64,000 bases of DNA from Azolla caroliniana (lineage: Eukaryota; Plantae; Polypodiophyta), in the NCBI GenBank assembly GCA_043228905.1, contig JBHGNT010000006.1, forward strand, positions 9,238,001-9,302,000. The letters are read 5' to 3'. Both the position numbers and the translations under genes were made by a program. Positions within the stretch are counted from its first letter, which is position 1; every line of letters starts with the position of its first letter. Positions 12,886 through 23,945 of this stretch are shown piece by piece. The notes beneath the pieces are model-generated. The model made no database searches and had not been told where the DNA came from. It was given only the letters and a program-made list of their open reading frames with translations.

Positions 12886-15800
12886 ATGACGAGAAGGACA
12901 CCCATAAAGAAGACATTGATGAAAGAGAAAGTGAAGACACCAGTGAAGGAAGGAAGAAGGACACCCATGAAAGAAAGCAAGAAGACACCCACAAGAGAAA
13001 GGGTGATGAATTCATCAACACAGAGAAAGAAGACCTGGCAGTACCAGTCCATCAGTCGAGACACACCTCTTGGATGGAATTATTTCCTTCGGGCACGACC
13101 TGACGTTTACCCAGAGCTGAGAGAGTGGTTGTTAAAAACCTGGGGGTCAGCACATCCCGACACAAGGCGAGGATTCCACATGAGTGGTTTGAAGAGGGAA
13201 TACATCAATTTATTGAAGACGAGATACGAACATGTTTATGATACAAATCAAATCACTAACAATGAGGTGGGTACTGTTTTTGCACGTGCTTTTGCATGTG
13301 AAGTTCAAGGTGGCATCGACGTTAATTGGGAAGATTTTAATCGGCACCGGTCAGAACATTACAAAGGGTCCTCCAGTACCAACACTGGCTTGAAGTCATC
13401 TGGAACCTCTCATGTGGATATTCCAGCTACAACACCTGTCCAACAAGTTCTAGAGGCAAAGGTACGGGCCACAATGACTGAAAAACATGAACAGATGATG
13501 GCTGGTTGCATAGCTTCTATGAGCTCAAGAATACAAGCACTACTTGCTGATTTGGAAGCAGTTAAATCAGCTGAGATACAGGCAGAAAAGAAATTTTCTT
13601 CAATAAAGACTACATATGAATGGATTGCATCGACAATCCAAAATTCAGAAAGTGAGGTGTTGAAAGAGGAGTTGAAGAAAGAGCTGAACAATATGGGTGC
13701 TCAATTACATTCACAGATGACAGACCTTGATACTTGCAGGAATGCACATGAAGAAATAGATAATAAGTTGTCAGCCTTAAAGTTGCATTCTGAGAACCTT
13801 GCATGCTTGATGCAGGATTTAAAACATAATGGTTTTGATACTTTGTGTCCATCTGTAATTGAGCACCCAAGTGGTATAGAAAGTACCATTACTAGTATAG
13901 CTATATCACGGTATTAGCTTTAAAAGTTATTTATTTCTACTTTTATGGTATAAATAAGTGAGCAGCTAATATATTATAACTTGTGTTTGCAATCTTCCAG
14001 GTGTATATTTTGTGGCCTCGGATTCAAGCTGGAGGCTATGGATGTTGTGATTACACCATGCTTGCACACATATCATGTGCTATGTGCTAAGTATCATTTT
14101 GAGAAAGAGAATACATGTATGGACTGTAAAACTACAATTGCGGCTGAGTGGTACTATGCTTGGGGTTTAAAAGTACACCCGTACGGTATGTGGCTCTACT
14201 ATTCTATTGTTTGTATTATATAATGTCAATTATCATTTGGACTAGAACTAGTGTATGCCACAATTCATACTTAAAATTTAGGAGAACAATGGATTAGTAT
14301 TAGTGTATCTCTAACAACAATGGGATAGTATTGGCAGTACTCTTAATATATAATTGGTATGTGTAGTTAGTTGAAGGGATATTTTCCAGAATTAGTAGTA
14401 CTAAAAGGGAACCAGGTACAACATCGTCCAATCTATATTGTAACTTGCCTAGTATTAGTTTAGTAAACACTATACTTATAGTACACTGTTGACTGTTAGT
14501 ATTGTTTGTGTAACTTGGAAATTAGTACTAGTAATGTAATTTGGGAACAAGGTGTCACTTAAATTGCTGAATAATAGTACAGTTTCTGTAATTTGGAAAT
14601 GAGGTGTGTGAAACACATATCACGTTTAGTACTAATACTGTTCAAGTTCAATACTGTTGGTGTAATTAGTACAAGTTATGTAACTAGGTGTGTAGAACAC
14701 ATATCACGTTTAGTATTACTTGTGTGCAAAATACCAATCTACATTTGTTGGATTAGTACTTAGTAATTACTACATTGTTCATGATTAGTACTAGTTTTAT
14801 ACTTTGTGAACTAAGTTTCTAGTACATTGCTCATGATTAGTAATAGTTTTGTAACTAAGTGAGTAGTACATTGCTCATGATTAGTACTAGTTTTGTAATT
14901 TGGGAACTGAGTAGTACTTTGTTCCCTATTAGTACTAGATTTGTACCTTATTTGTGTAAATTGGTAACTAAGTGAGTAGTATATTGTGCATGATTAGTAC
15001 TATTTGTGTAATTTGGGAACTAAGTGAGCTGTACATTGTTCGGGATTAGTACTAGTTCAGTGATTTAGGAAATAAGTGAGTAGTACATTGTTCAAGATTA
15101 GTACTACTTATAAATTTGACAAAGTCAGTGGTGCATTTTTCGGGATTAGTACTTGTGCATGATTAGTACTACTTGTGTATATTGTGCATGATTAGTACTA
15201 TTTGTGTAATTTGCGAACTAAGTGAGCAGTACATTGTTCCTTATAAGTACTAGTCCACTAATTTAGGAAACAAGTGAGTAGTACATTGTTCATGATTAGT
15301 ACAGTGGTACATTGTTCGGGATTAGTACTCCTTGTGTAACATGGTAACTAAGTGAGTAGTATATTCTGCATGATTAGTACTACTTGTGTATATTGTGCAT
15401 GATTAGTACTACTTGTGTAAATTGGGAACTAAGTGAGCAGTACATTGTTCCTTATTAGTACTAGTTCAGTAAATTAGGAACTATGTGAGGAGTACATTGT
15501 GACCTACATTGTATATTTTAGATGATGGTACTAACGTTCAACGTTTTTTTGTTTCTTGCAATGAATGTCGTAGTGTCAAGCAACTCCACGCCAGGGAAGG
15601 TCATGGAACTACCAGCCCCTGTGCCTAAACCCTCAATATCTGCCGCACATTCCAAGGTTCAGGGACCATCATTACCAACAACCTATGATTTTTATGATGA
15701 GGATGAATGTATGAGAAGGGCCATTGGAGCAGTGGAACATATGCTTCTACAAACAAATTCCCCAAGCTCCGGTCAACAATTTGAAATAGAGCCCACTAAG

Positions 15801-17387
15801 AAGAGAAATGATGTGTCTTTAGAAATAGAGCCCAGTAAGAAGAGAAATGCTGCAAGAATGTTGTATGGAAACGGCAAGAAAAGGAAAGTTGAATGCAATG
15901 GTGAGTCATATAAGTTCTCACCTGTCAGGAGCGTTGTCAACCTAATCCATTGTCTAATACCATGTACTTGTGTTGCTAGCTGATGACGAAATGATATTTG
16001 GTGACGGAGATACGAGTTCAAAACCTGATCGTGAAGACGAATTTATCACACTCCCAGGTAAACGTCAAAAGCCAGACTTTGAAAACAATGATTTAGCTCA
16101 TAACAACCCTATTATATTGTTGCTTTTGGTGCATTCTATAGATCATAGCAACACTGTTGAGCACCTAGATGTTGTGGAGAAGATGACCGAGCCCACCACT
16201 TGCAATGGGGTATCTACGGCTGTACAGTATGACCATGTAACATTAGGTAAAAATGTGGCCCAAAACCCTATGTTCATTGTTTGCAAACTTTTGAGTATGT
16301 GAGTTGATACTAATATTGTTTGGAATCCCATTAATTAGGTTTACAAGAGCAGCCTGAATCGGGAACTTCATGGAGCACAAGTGCAGAGTCAGATTCTGGG
16401 ATTAACCTTTCCACGGAGGCAGATTCTGGAAGCACATCTTCCACACATGAGGATTGTGAGAAAAACGAAGCATTCATATGTGAAGAGCAGCTGGCATGTC
16501 CAAACAACAGTATGTCTAAAGAAGCCCATGAGGAGTGTGGAAAGAATATGGCAAGTACTGAAGAGAAGATTGAAGCCCATGAAGAGTCTGGAAAGAATAT
16601 GGCAAGTACTGAAGAGAAGATTGAAGCCTATGAAGACTCTGGAAAGAATATGGCAAGTACTGAAGAGAAGATTGAAGCTCATGAAGAGTGTGGAAAGAAT
16701 ATGGCAAGTACTGAAGAGAAGACTGAAGCCCATGAAGAGTGTGGAAAGAATATGGCAAGTACTGAAGAGCAGACTGATTGTACTGATAATGTGTTAGTAG
16801 TGTCTACTGATAATGTGCTAGTACTGTCTAAAGATTCTGATGAGGAGTATGGAAAGAACATTGCTAGTAATGAAGAGGAGCTTGATTGTACTGAGAATGC
16901 CCAAATGGATCGTGGAAAGAACATCGCTTTCCCTGAAGATAAGCCTGATTGTACAGAATCACATGAGGAGCCTGATTGTACAGATAAGCCTGATTGTACA
17001 CGTAGTCTTAAGAATGAGTTGACAGCCACCGTACAAGAGGAGTTGACCATGACTACTGCCATAGTCCACATACAGGAGTCTAATAAGAACGAGTGTACAG
17101 GCATCATTGATGATGATAGGGGAATAAAGATGAGTGATAATTTGACTATCGACAGCACCTTTGTGGATTTGTGTACAAGCATTGCAGTTGCAGAAAACAC
17201 AGTTGCTCTCTCAAGCTTGCCACCAGTACAAGGTGCCCGCGCATCCACGCCTATCTCTGATGCCTCTGATGATGAAGTGCCACTTAGTCAGCTCATACCT
17301 AAAGGCTTTAAGATAAAGAAGAATGTAAAATCTGGCACCAACAACAAGCGCATTACAAGATCGGCCAAGTTACCCTCTAGTGCCTGA
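12886..17387 (+). CDS. Transposon cargo protein, ~922 aa: basic N-terminus, Trp-rich unknown domain, coiled coil, RING-H2, acidic repeats
   Basis: Predicted GT-AG exons 12886-13910, 14001-14185, 15574-15900, 15980-16057, 16142-16246, 16339-17387 join in frame (2769 nt, no internal stop). Exon 2 encodes C-x2-C-x15-C-x-H-x2-H-x2-C-x10-C-x2-C. Confidence 0.75.
14330..15500. repeat. Degenerate AGTAC(T)-rich tandem array in cargo gene intron 2
   Basis: Roughly 30 AGTAC copies by eye, in recurring units such as ATGATTAGTACTA and AAGTGAGTAGTACATTG. Confidence 0.85.
16521..16775 (+). repeat. Coding minisatellite, 5 x 51 bp (EAHEECGKNMASTEEKI)
   Basis: Units start at 16521, 16572, 16623, 16674 and 16725. 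Confidence 0.93.
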
Positions 17388-18307
17388 TTTTCTTCCGATT
17401 GTACTTGAACTTTAGCTGTTAGTGATGTCTGAAATACCTCTATTTGGATACCAAAATACTGTTTCAATTGCCAATGTCAAAATTCCACTTCTGTATTTTG
17501 TAGAAACAATGGGAATATACTTTTTGATCTAAGTATTCCTCTTTTTACAACGTTTTGTTTCTTTTTTGAGATCATCTCCTGATGAGTTGCCAAGTCTTTG
17601 AGTCTGTTGTAGATAAAATGCTTGAAATTCTTCTTAGCTTGCTAGGAAAATTTAGGTTTTCAGGTGTTAATGATGATAAACAGAAAATATCGGGTGTTAT
17701 TGAAGTATAGACTGTTTCATCAATCCCATTTGGAGGGTAACCAGAATTTGTGCAAATTGTTGAAGCAATGTGGGCCATATTTTGATGATATCATCCCAAT
17801 GGATGAACTATCCACTAACAGTAGTAAGGAAACACTCCCCTTTTTGAGCTATCACAAATTATTGTTTCAGGAGTTGGATTATTTTGTTAAGGAATTTGAG
17901 GCTTCATTGCACATTTGCTTCTTGAAGAATGAACTTACAGTATAAAATCTTACAATATTAAAGTCATAATTTGAATTCAACTTACAGATTTATGTGCCTA
18001 CAGAGGACACACCAACGGCAATGAATCTAGACTTTATCAAGAAGATATACAATATTTTTACTCATTTTACCATGGCTCTGCAAAACTTCTATGCTCAAAT
18101 AACATCAGGAAACATGAGCAATATCGGCAATGAAGAAATCCAAGTCTTGTTGACAACAACTAATATATTATGAAAGATAAGTACAAGTGGTTGACAGGCA
18201 TAAACACTTTAGAAGAAAGATGAAATATATCAATTCATTTGTCAATCATCAAAATTAATAGTGAACTCCAAGTATTGAGAGGGTACAATGTATTGAGAGG
18301 GTGACTT

Positions 18308-21300
18308 TCAAGCATTAAATAGAGAGACCTCCCCTAATATGTGCTCATGAACCTCTTGGGGGACCTTGTAGACAGTGTTGTATCCCTTAACCTTGTGCTT
18401 TGCTTGAGTCATATTGAATTTGATCGCAAGAATGGCATCAGCGTAGATTATTGCGATGGGTGCTTCTTTTAGTAATGCATATGTGTTCTTGCACTGCGGC
18501 AACTTTGCATAATAGTTTCCATACACGACAGACTCACCAACGTTGAAATTGTTGCCCCAGCCATCCCTCACCACTTCTTTCAATAATGTCTTTCCTTGCT
18601 TGCACACCACAATGTAGTAGTCTTCTAAATCTTCATTCTGAGGAGATTTGAGCACTGCAAAATGATCTCCAACTTCCAATAAAACTGCCAAGTCTTGATT
18701 TTGGTTGTAGTATACAATATCGTTTGAATGCACATCATCTTCAATATCATCTTGTCGTTCAGGCTCAAGCTTCTGCAACTTCCAGGGCTCCACGATTGAT
18801 AGGTTGATGCATTTATCCCAAGCTTCATCTATACACATGGAACAAAAGCATGATAAACTACGTAGTAACAATTGTGTTGTGTCCTTGCGGCTAAACCCTA
18901 ACACACAATGGGTGCTGCGTGTGCCTTTCACGGTTTTACAACCATATGATTTAGTTCTATCGACCTCATCAGCGCGAACTTCAACAAACAATCTGTTCTT
19001 ACCATCATTTGACATCTTCCATGTTAGCCACTGCACAACATCATGTGCATTTTGTAGCTTAGCACCATTATTATCCAACTGCTCACTTGTAAGGGCACGT
19101 TTGATCACAGCCCCCGCGCCATCATGCTCTCCTTTTCCATGTCCAGACCCGAGGTAATTCCATTGCATACGAATGTTGAATAAGGAGAAATACCTGCTTT
19201 TGTAACTCAGGTTTCCAACAAAATTAGTACTATGTTGTCAATAGAGAGTACTACACTTCCATTAATACTGGCATCCATTTAATACTAACTTAGTATGGAT
19301 ATAACTTAGTACTAACTTAGTCTGGTTTATACTATGAGTACAAGATGAGTACTTTACATCCCCTTGTATAGTACAATGTGTCTATGGAGAACCCTTCACA
19401 TGGATTAAAACATAATTAGTACAATTCTCTTAAGGACGGACAATACTATAAGTACAAGATGAGTACTTTACATCCTTTTGTAAACACAACATAGTACAGA
19501 AGCAACACACAACATAGTACAATGTGTCTATGGAGAACCCTTCACATTGATTAGTCGATACTTAGTACAATTCTTAGTACTAACTTAGTCTGGTTTATAC
19601 TATGAGTACAAGATGAGTACTTAACATCCTCTTGTATAGTACAATGTGTCTATGGAGAACCCTTCACATGGATTAAAACATAATTAGTACAATTCTCTTA
19701 AGGACGGACAATACTATAAGTACAAGATGAGTACTTTACATCCTTTTGTAAACACAACATAGTACAGAACCAACACACAACATACTACAATGTGTCTATG
19801 GAGAACCCTTCACATTGATTAATCGATACTTAGTATGGATATAACTTAGTACTAACTTAGTATGGTTTATACTATGAGTAGAAGATGAGTACTTTACATC
19901 CTCTTGTATAGTACAATGTGTCTATGGAGAACCCTTCACATGGATTAAAACATACTTAGTACAATGCTCTTAAGGACGGACAATACTATGAGTACAAGAT
20001 GAGTACTTTACATCCTCCTGTAAACACAACATAGTACAGATACAACACACAACATAGTACAATGTGTCTATGGAGAACCCTTCACATGGATTAAAACATA
20101 CTTAGTACAATGCTCTTAAGGACGGACAATACTATGAGTACAAGATGAGTACTTTACATCCTCCTGTAAACACAACATAGTACAGATACAACACACAACA
20201 TAGTACAATGTGTCTATGGAGAACCCTTCACATGGATTAAAACATACTTAGTACAATGCTCTTAAGGATGGACAATACTATGAGTACAAGATGAGTACTT
20301 TACATCCTCCTGTAAACACAACATAGTACAGATACAACACACAACATAGTACAATGTGTCTATGGAGAACCCTTCACATGGATTAAAACATAGTACAAAC
20401 AAAATTAGTATGCATGCATCCATTCACAAGTGCAAGATTCGAATAGTTACAAACATAATTAGTATGCATCCATGTGAATAGTACTGTTTGTTAATAATTA
20501 CAAACATAATTAGTATGCATGCACTAACACAAGAATTACTTCCTTACACATTGCATGGTAAGTACTAAACATATGGATTAAAAATTACCTGGCGATAAAG
20601 TAGAACGATCGTGCCACCTTAAACTGCGAGGCAGCACCATCAGACCAAACCCAATGACGGTTAAAGGTTACCCCTAGAGAAAATAAATCTGCATGGTGAA
20701 GCTTAAAACAATGTTGAACAAATAGTGTATCATGCTTTTTATCATCTGAAATGTAAAATATTGATTTCTTATGTAACTCACCGTCTTGCCTCCAATAGCA
20801 AATATGCACAAGTATTGTACATTGATCATTGTACCAATGCATTGATTGAACCTCATTCTGAACTTTAAATGTATAGTTTTCTGCAAAGTCAATAACAGAT
20901 ACGATGACACCCGTTGGTAAGTTATTAATACATTCCTTGAATTGTGAATTTTGCCAATAACTCCGGAAGTTATGTGGAATGAACTCCCCAAGTTGTTTCT
21001 TAAATTCTGAGACAAGGGTAGCAGCACATGTCTCCTTATATACTTCCTTGATACGCTTAGTTACAACTCCCTTGCCAATATTTTCAGTCACATACTCTAA
21101 ATATTTCCATTTCACGATATGACTGTTTCCCAAATCAAGCTCCTGCATACAAAATAATGGTAGCGGACAAACCTTACATGTTCTTAATAGACATGTACGA
21201 CGATGCCACTCACATGATGGTTCTTTTTCACAAACACAAGACCTCCATAGCTCAGAAACAGATGCATAAGTCATGTTTCGTGCATTACACCTATTATCCT

Positions 21301-22236
21301 CCCCATTTGGTCTACATATCTCACAAGTGCAGACACATAATTCCCCGTGTATACCCTTACAATCAGTACGCATTGCATTCACGGCTAGCCTTAACATGTC
21401 CATCTTCACATGGTACACACAACAACATGTATTCCTCTCATTTAATTTTCTAACATAAAATGGTTTCAAACCTTGGAACTTGCGGAATCCAACAGTCAAG
21501 CTTGGATGTTGATCTTTAAAGTTCATGTACAATTCAGCCTACATCAACCAATATATATAGCAAACATTAATATACAGTTGGTCAAAACACAAAGTTATGG
21601 AATGTGAAATGATATAAAAAAATGGAATACCTCTGTCATCTCCAAGAAGTGTCTAGGGTGAATCTGGTACTTACCCTGACTTATTCGTTGTCTACACACG
21701 TCCTTCTTATTTGGTGAGACACGCGTATTTTTGGCCCAAAATGAATCCACTTTCTCAATAATCTCTTGAGATAAGGCATCACATCGTCGTCTACGTCCCA
21801 ACCCCATCCACTTGAATTTGTTTGAGTGTATATTTTGGCGATGTTTCCTCAAGTTCCTTCTTTGAATACCCAGGGCTAAGGCAACTTTAGTATCACTATA
21901 TTTTTTTCCTCTCGCACCGTTCACAACCATGTGTAGGGCTGCCCTCTTTGCAGCAAGTTTGTCTAAGCTCTCTACACCTTTCACTAAGTCTAGGGATGAC
22001 TTCATAGACTCTACAATCTCTTCTGAAACACATTGGTCCCTAAATTTTATTCTCTCCATGTCTTCATTCAAACTTTGATGGTGTAACACTCTACAGATAA
22101 TATCCCTACGATCCTCTTCACTAAATCTCTTTGTTATTTCTACCAAATAACGGACTATGTGAAGAACCACTCGTCTCTTAGTCCTTTCAGATATGCATGA
22201 GTTACTTGACAACTCACTCTCGTTAGGAACCCCCAT
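18308..22236 (-). CDS. Sola2-like DDD transposase, ~813 aa, intact, 3 coding exons (an extra upstream exon is possible)
   Basis: Exons 22236-21631, 21538-20589 and 19193-18308 join in frame at GT-AG sites (2442 nt). Cys-rich region (CCCVYH, CVCTCEIC, CLLRTCKVC), then catalytic motifs VIDFAENY, WSDGAASQFK and GHGKGEHDGAG, and C-terminal SCFCSMC. Confidence 0.85.
19290..20395. repeat. Compound tandem array in transposase intron 2
   Basis: AAGATGAGTACTTT recurs eight times (~19340, 19455, 19610, 19725, 19880, 19995, 20140, 20285): ~270-bp two-part units followed by ~146-bp units. Confidence 0.92.
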
Positions 22237-22316
22237 TCGGTCACTAGATTTATCCGCAAAAATTAAGTGGCTTGCAAAAGTAGTTAATGTTATATAGACT
22301 CAACCAAGAAAACACA

Positions 22317-22910
22317 ATCAAATGTTTTTAAATGTGGCCTGCAAAGTGAAAGATATTTCGTTTCAAACATTAGAATTACATATCAAATATGACAATTGTC
22401 AGTTCTAAAATTTTTGTACTGAAATATGAAGAAATGTAACATTTTAGTACTGAAAATAAAAAAAACGGTTTGGTGAAAGGAACCTCCAATGGTGGACGGA
22501 GCGTTGGATATGCCGCCTCGATTTGGTGGAAGGAACCTCCAATGCCGCCTCGATTTGGTGGAAAAAGCCACAAATCACCACGACACCAAATCAAATGTTT
22601 TTAAATGTGGCCTGCAAAGTGAAAGATATTTCGTTTCAAACATTAGAATTACATATCAAATATGACAATTGTCAGTTCTAAAATTTTTGTACTGAAATAT
22701 GAAGAAATGTAACATTTTAGTACTGAAAATAAAAAAAACGGATGGAAGGAACCTCGAATGGATGGAGGGGGCGTTGGATATGCCGCCTCGATTTGGTGGA
22801 AGGAACCTCCAATGGTGGACGGAGCGTTGGATATGCCGCCTCGATTTGGCGGAAGGAACCTCCAATGCCGCCTCGATTTGGTGGAAAAAGCCACAAATCA
22901 CCACGACACC
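22317..22910. repeat. Tandem duplication (~273-bp period) upstream of the transposase, with internal sub-repeats
   Basis: ATCAAATGTTTTTAAATGTGGCCTGC at ~22317 and ~22590; ATGCCGCCTCGATTTGG repeated five times. Confidence 0.9.
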
Positions 22911-23394
22911 AACTTCAATGGATGGATGTAAGAAAGTCGTTGTCGAAGAAGTCACTATTGGCTGCTACCAACAGTCTCTGTACCTCGACCTAAACCCTAA
23001 CAAAAACAGAAACCCTAAAAAAATCAGAAATCCTCAACTTAAACGCTCAAAACAGACATGGATGTCTGAGATTTAGATTGGAGGAAATCAGAAACTGAAC
23101 ATGGATCTGTGATGAAAAGCTCAGAGGGATAGAGGAAGAGGAGTATGAGGGGAACCGCCAAAACGACGTGAGGGGAAGCGCCAAAATCGACGTGAGGGGA
23201 AAATAGCCCCCAAAATGGAATGAACATCTCCTCACCTGTTCCCCCCACTCCTTCTACAATAAATGACACTTGTACTACAGTCACCCCACTCTCCAAAATC
23301 GATTTTCTTTTTCTCTGATTTTTTTTTTTTGAATTATTCATACTAACAGTACTAAAAGTACTGACAATTTTTGTGGCCAAAAACAGTACTTTTC

Positions 23395-23420
23395 TGGTAC
23401 ACCGTAGCGTGCTTCTACCC
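23395..23420 (-). repeat. Right terminal inverted repeat
   Basis: TGGTACACCGTAGCGTGCTTCTACCC followed by the TSD TGTC. Confidence 0.93.
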
Positions 23421-23945
23421 TGTCTACAAATCAACCACACCAATTCGACTCGAAGGGTACACCAATGCTGATTGAGTTGGCTGCAAGGCCGATAGACGAT
23501 CGACTTCAGGATTCGTTTTCTCCCTCAGCAGCGAAGCCATATCTTAGAGCAGCAAAAAGCAACTAACAGTCGCACTTCGAGCATAGAAGCCGAATATAGG
23601 GGTGCGGTCATCACACCATGTGAAGCCGTTTGGCTGAAAAGAGTATTGAAGGATCTAGGCATTCCCATCAAGGATCAGATTCTCCTTTACTACGACAACA
23701 TGAGCAATATTCATATGGCTCCGAACCCAGTGTTCCACACGCGCACAAAGCATATCGAAGTGCACTATCAGTTCATCCAACAACGCGTTCAGGCTGGAGA
23801 TGTCAATATGCAGCACATCAATATGAACCTTCAAGTAGCCGGCATCTTCACCAAAGCCTTAGGAGTCAACAAGCTCAGGCCATTCATGATGGACCTTGGC
23901 CTAATGATAGCCGCATTGTCGAACTTGAGGGGGAGTACAACAACC
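23421..23945 (+). pseudogene. Copia C RNase H remnant, right of the DNA transposon insertion
   Basis: YKSTTPIRLEGYT...YDNMS...HTRTKHIEVHYQFI...LRGS, with stops and a frameshift. Confidence 0.88.

Larger units (their letters stand above)
11231..23420 (-). mobile_element. Sola2-like DNA transposon, 12,190 bp, with transposase and a second gene
   Basis: 26-bp TIRs at 11231-11256 and 23395-23420 (2 mismatches), 5'-GGG termini, 4-bp TSD TGTC at 11227-11230 and 23421-23424. Excision rejoins copia C RT (INYGIV|YKSTTPIRLEGYT). Transposase motifs DFAENY, WSDGAASQFK, GHGKGEHDG. Confidence 0.9.

Noticed and set aside
16381-16797. Basic repeat ORF (RIWQVLKRRLKPMKS)n
   Set aside because: Alternative frame of the 51-bp repeat; the splice phase selects the acidic frame that runs to 17387.
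19290-20395. CRISPR-like appearance of the repeat array
   Set aside because: No unique spacers, whole units repeat, it lies in a eukaryotic intron, and there are no cas genes.
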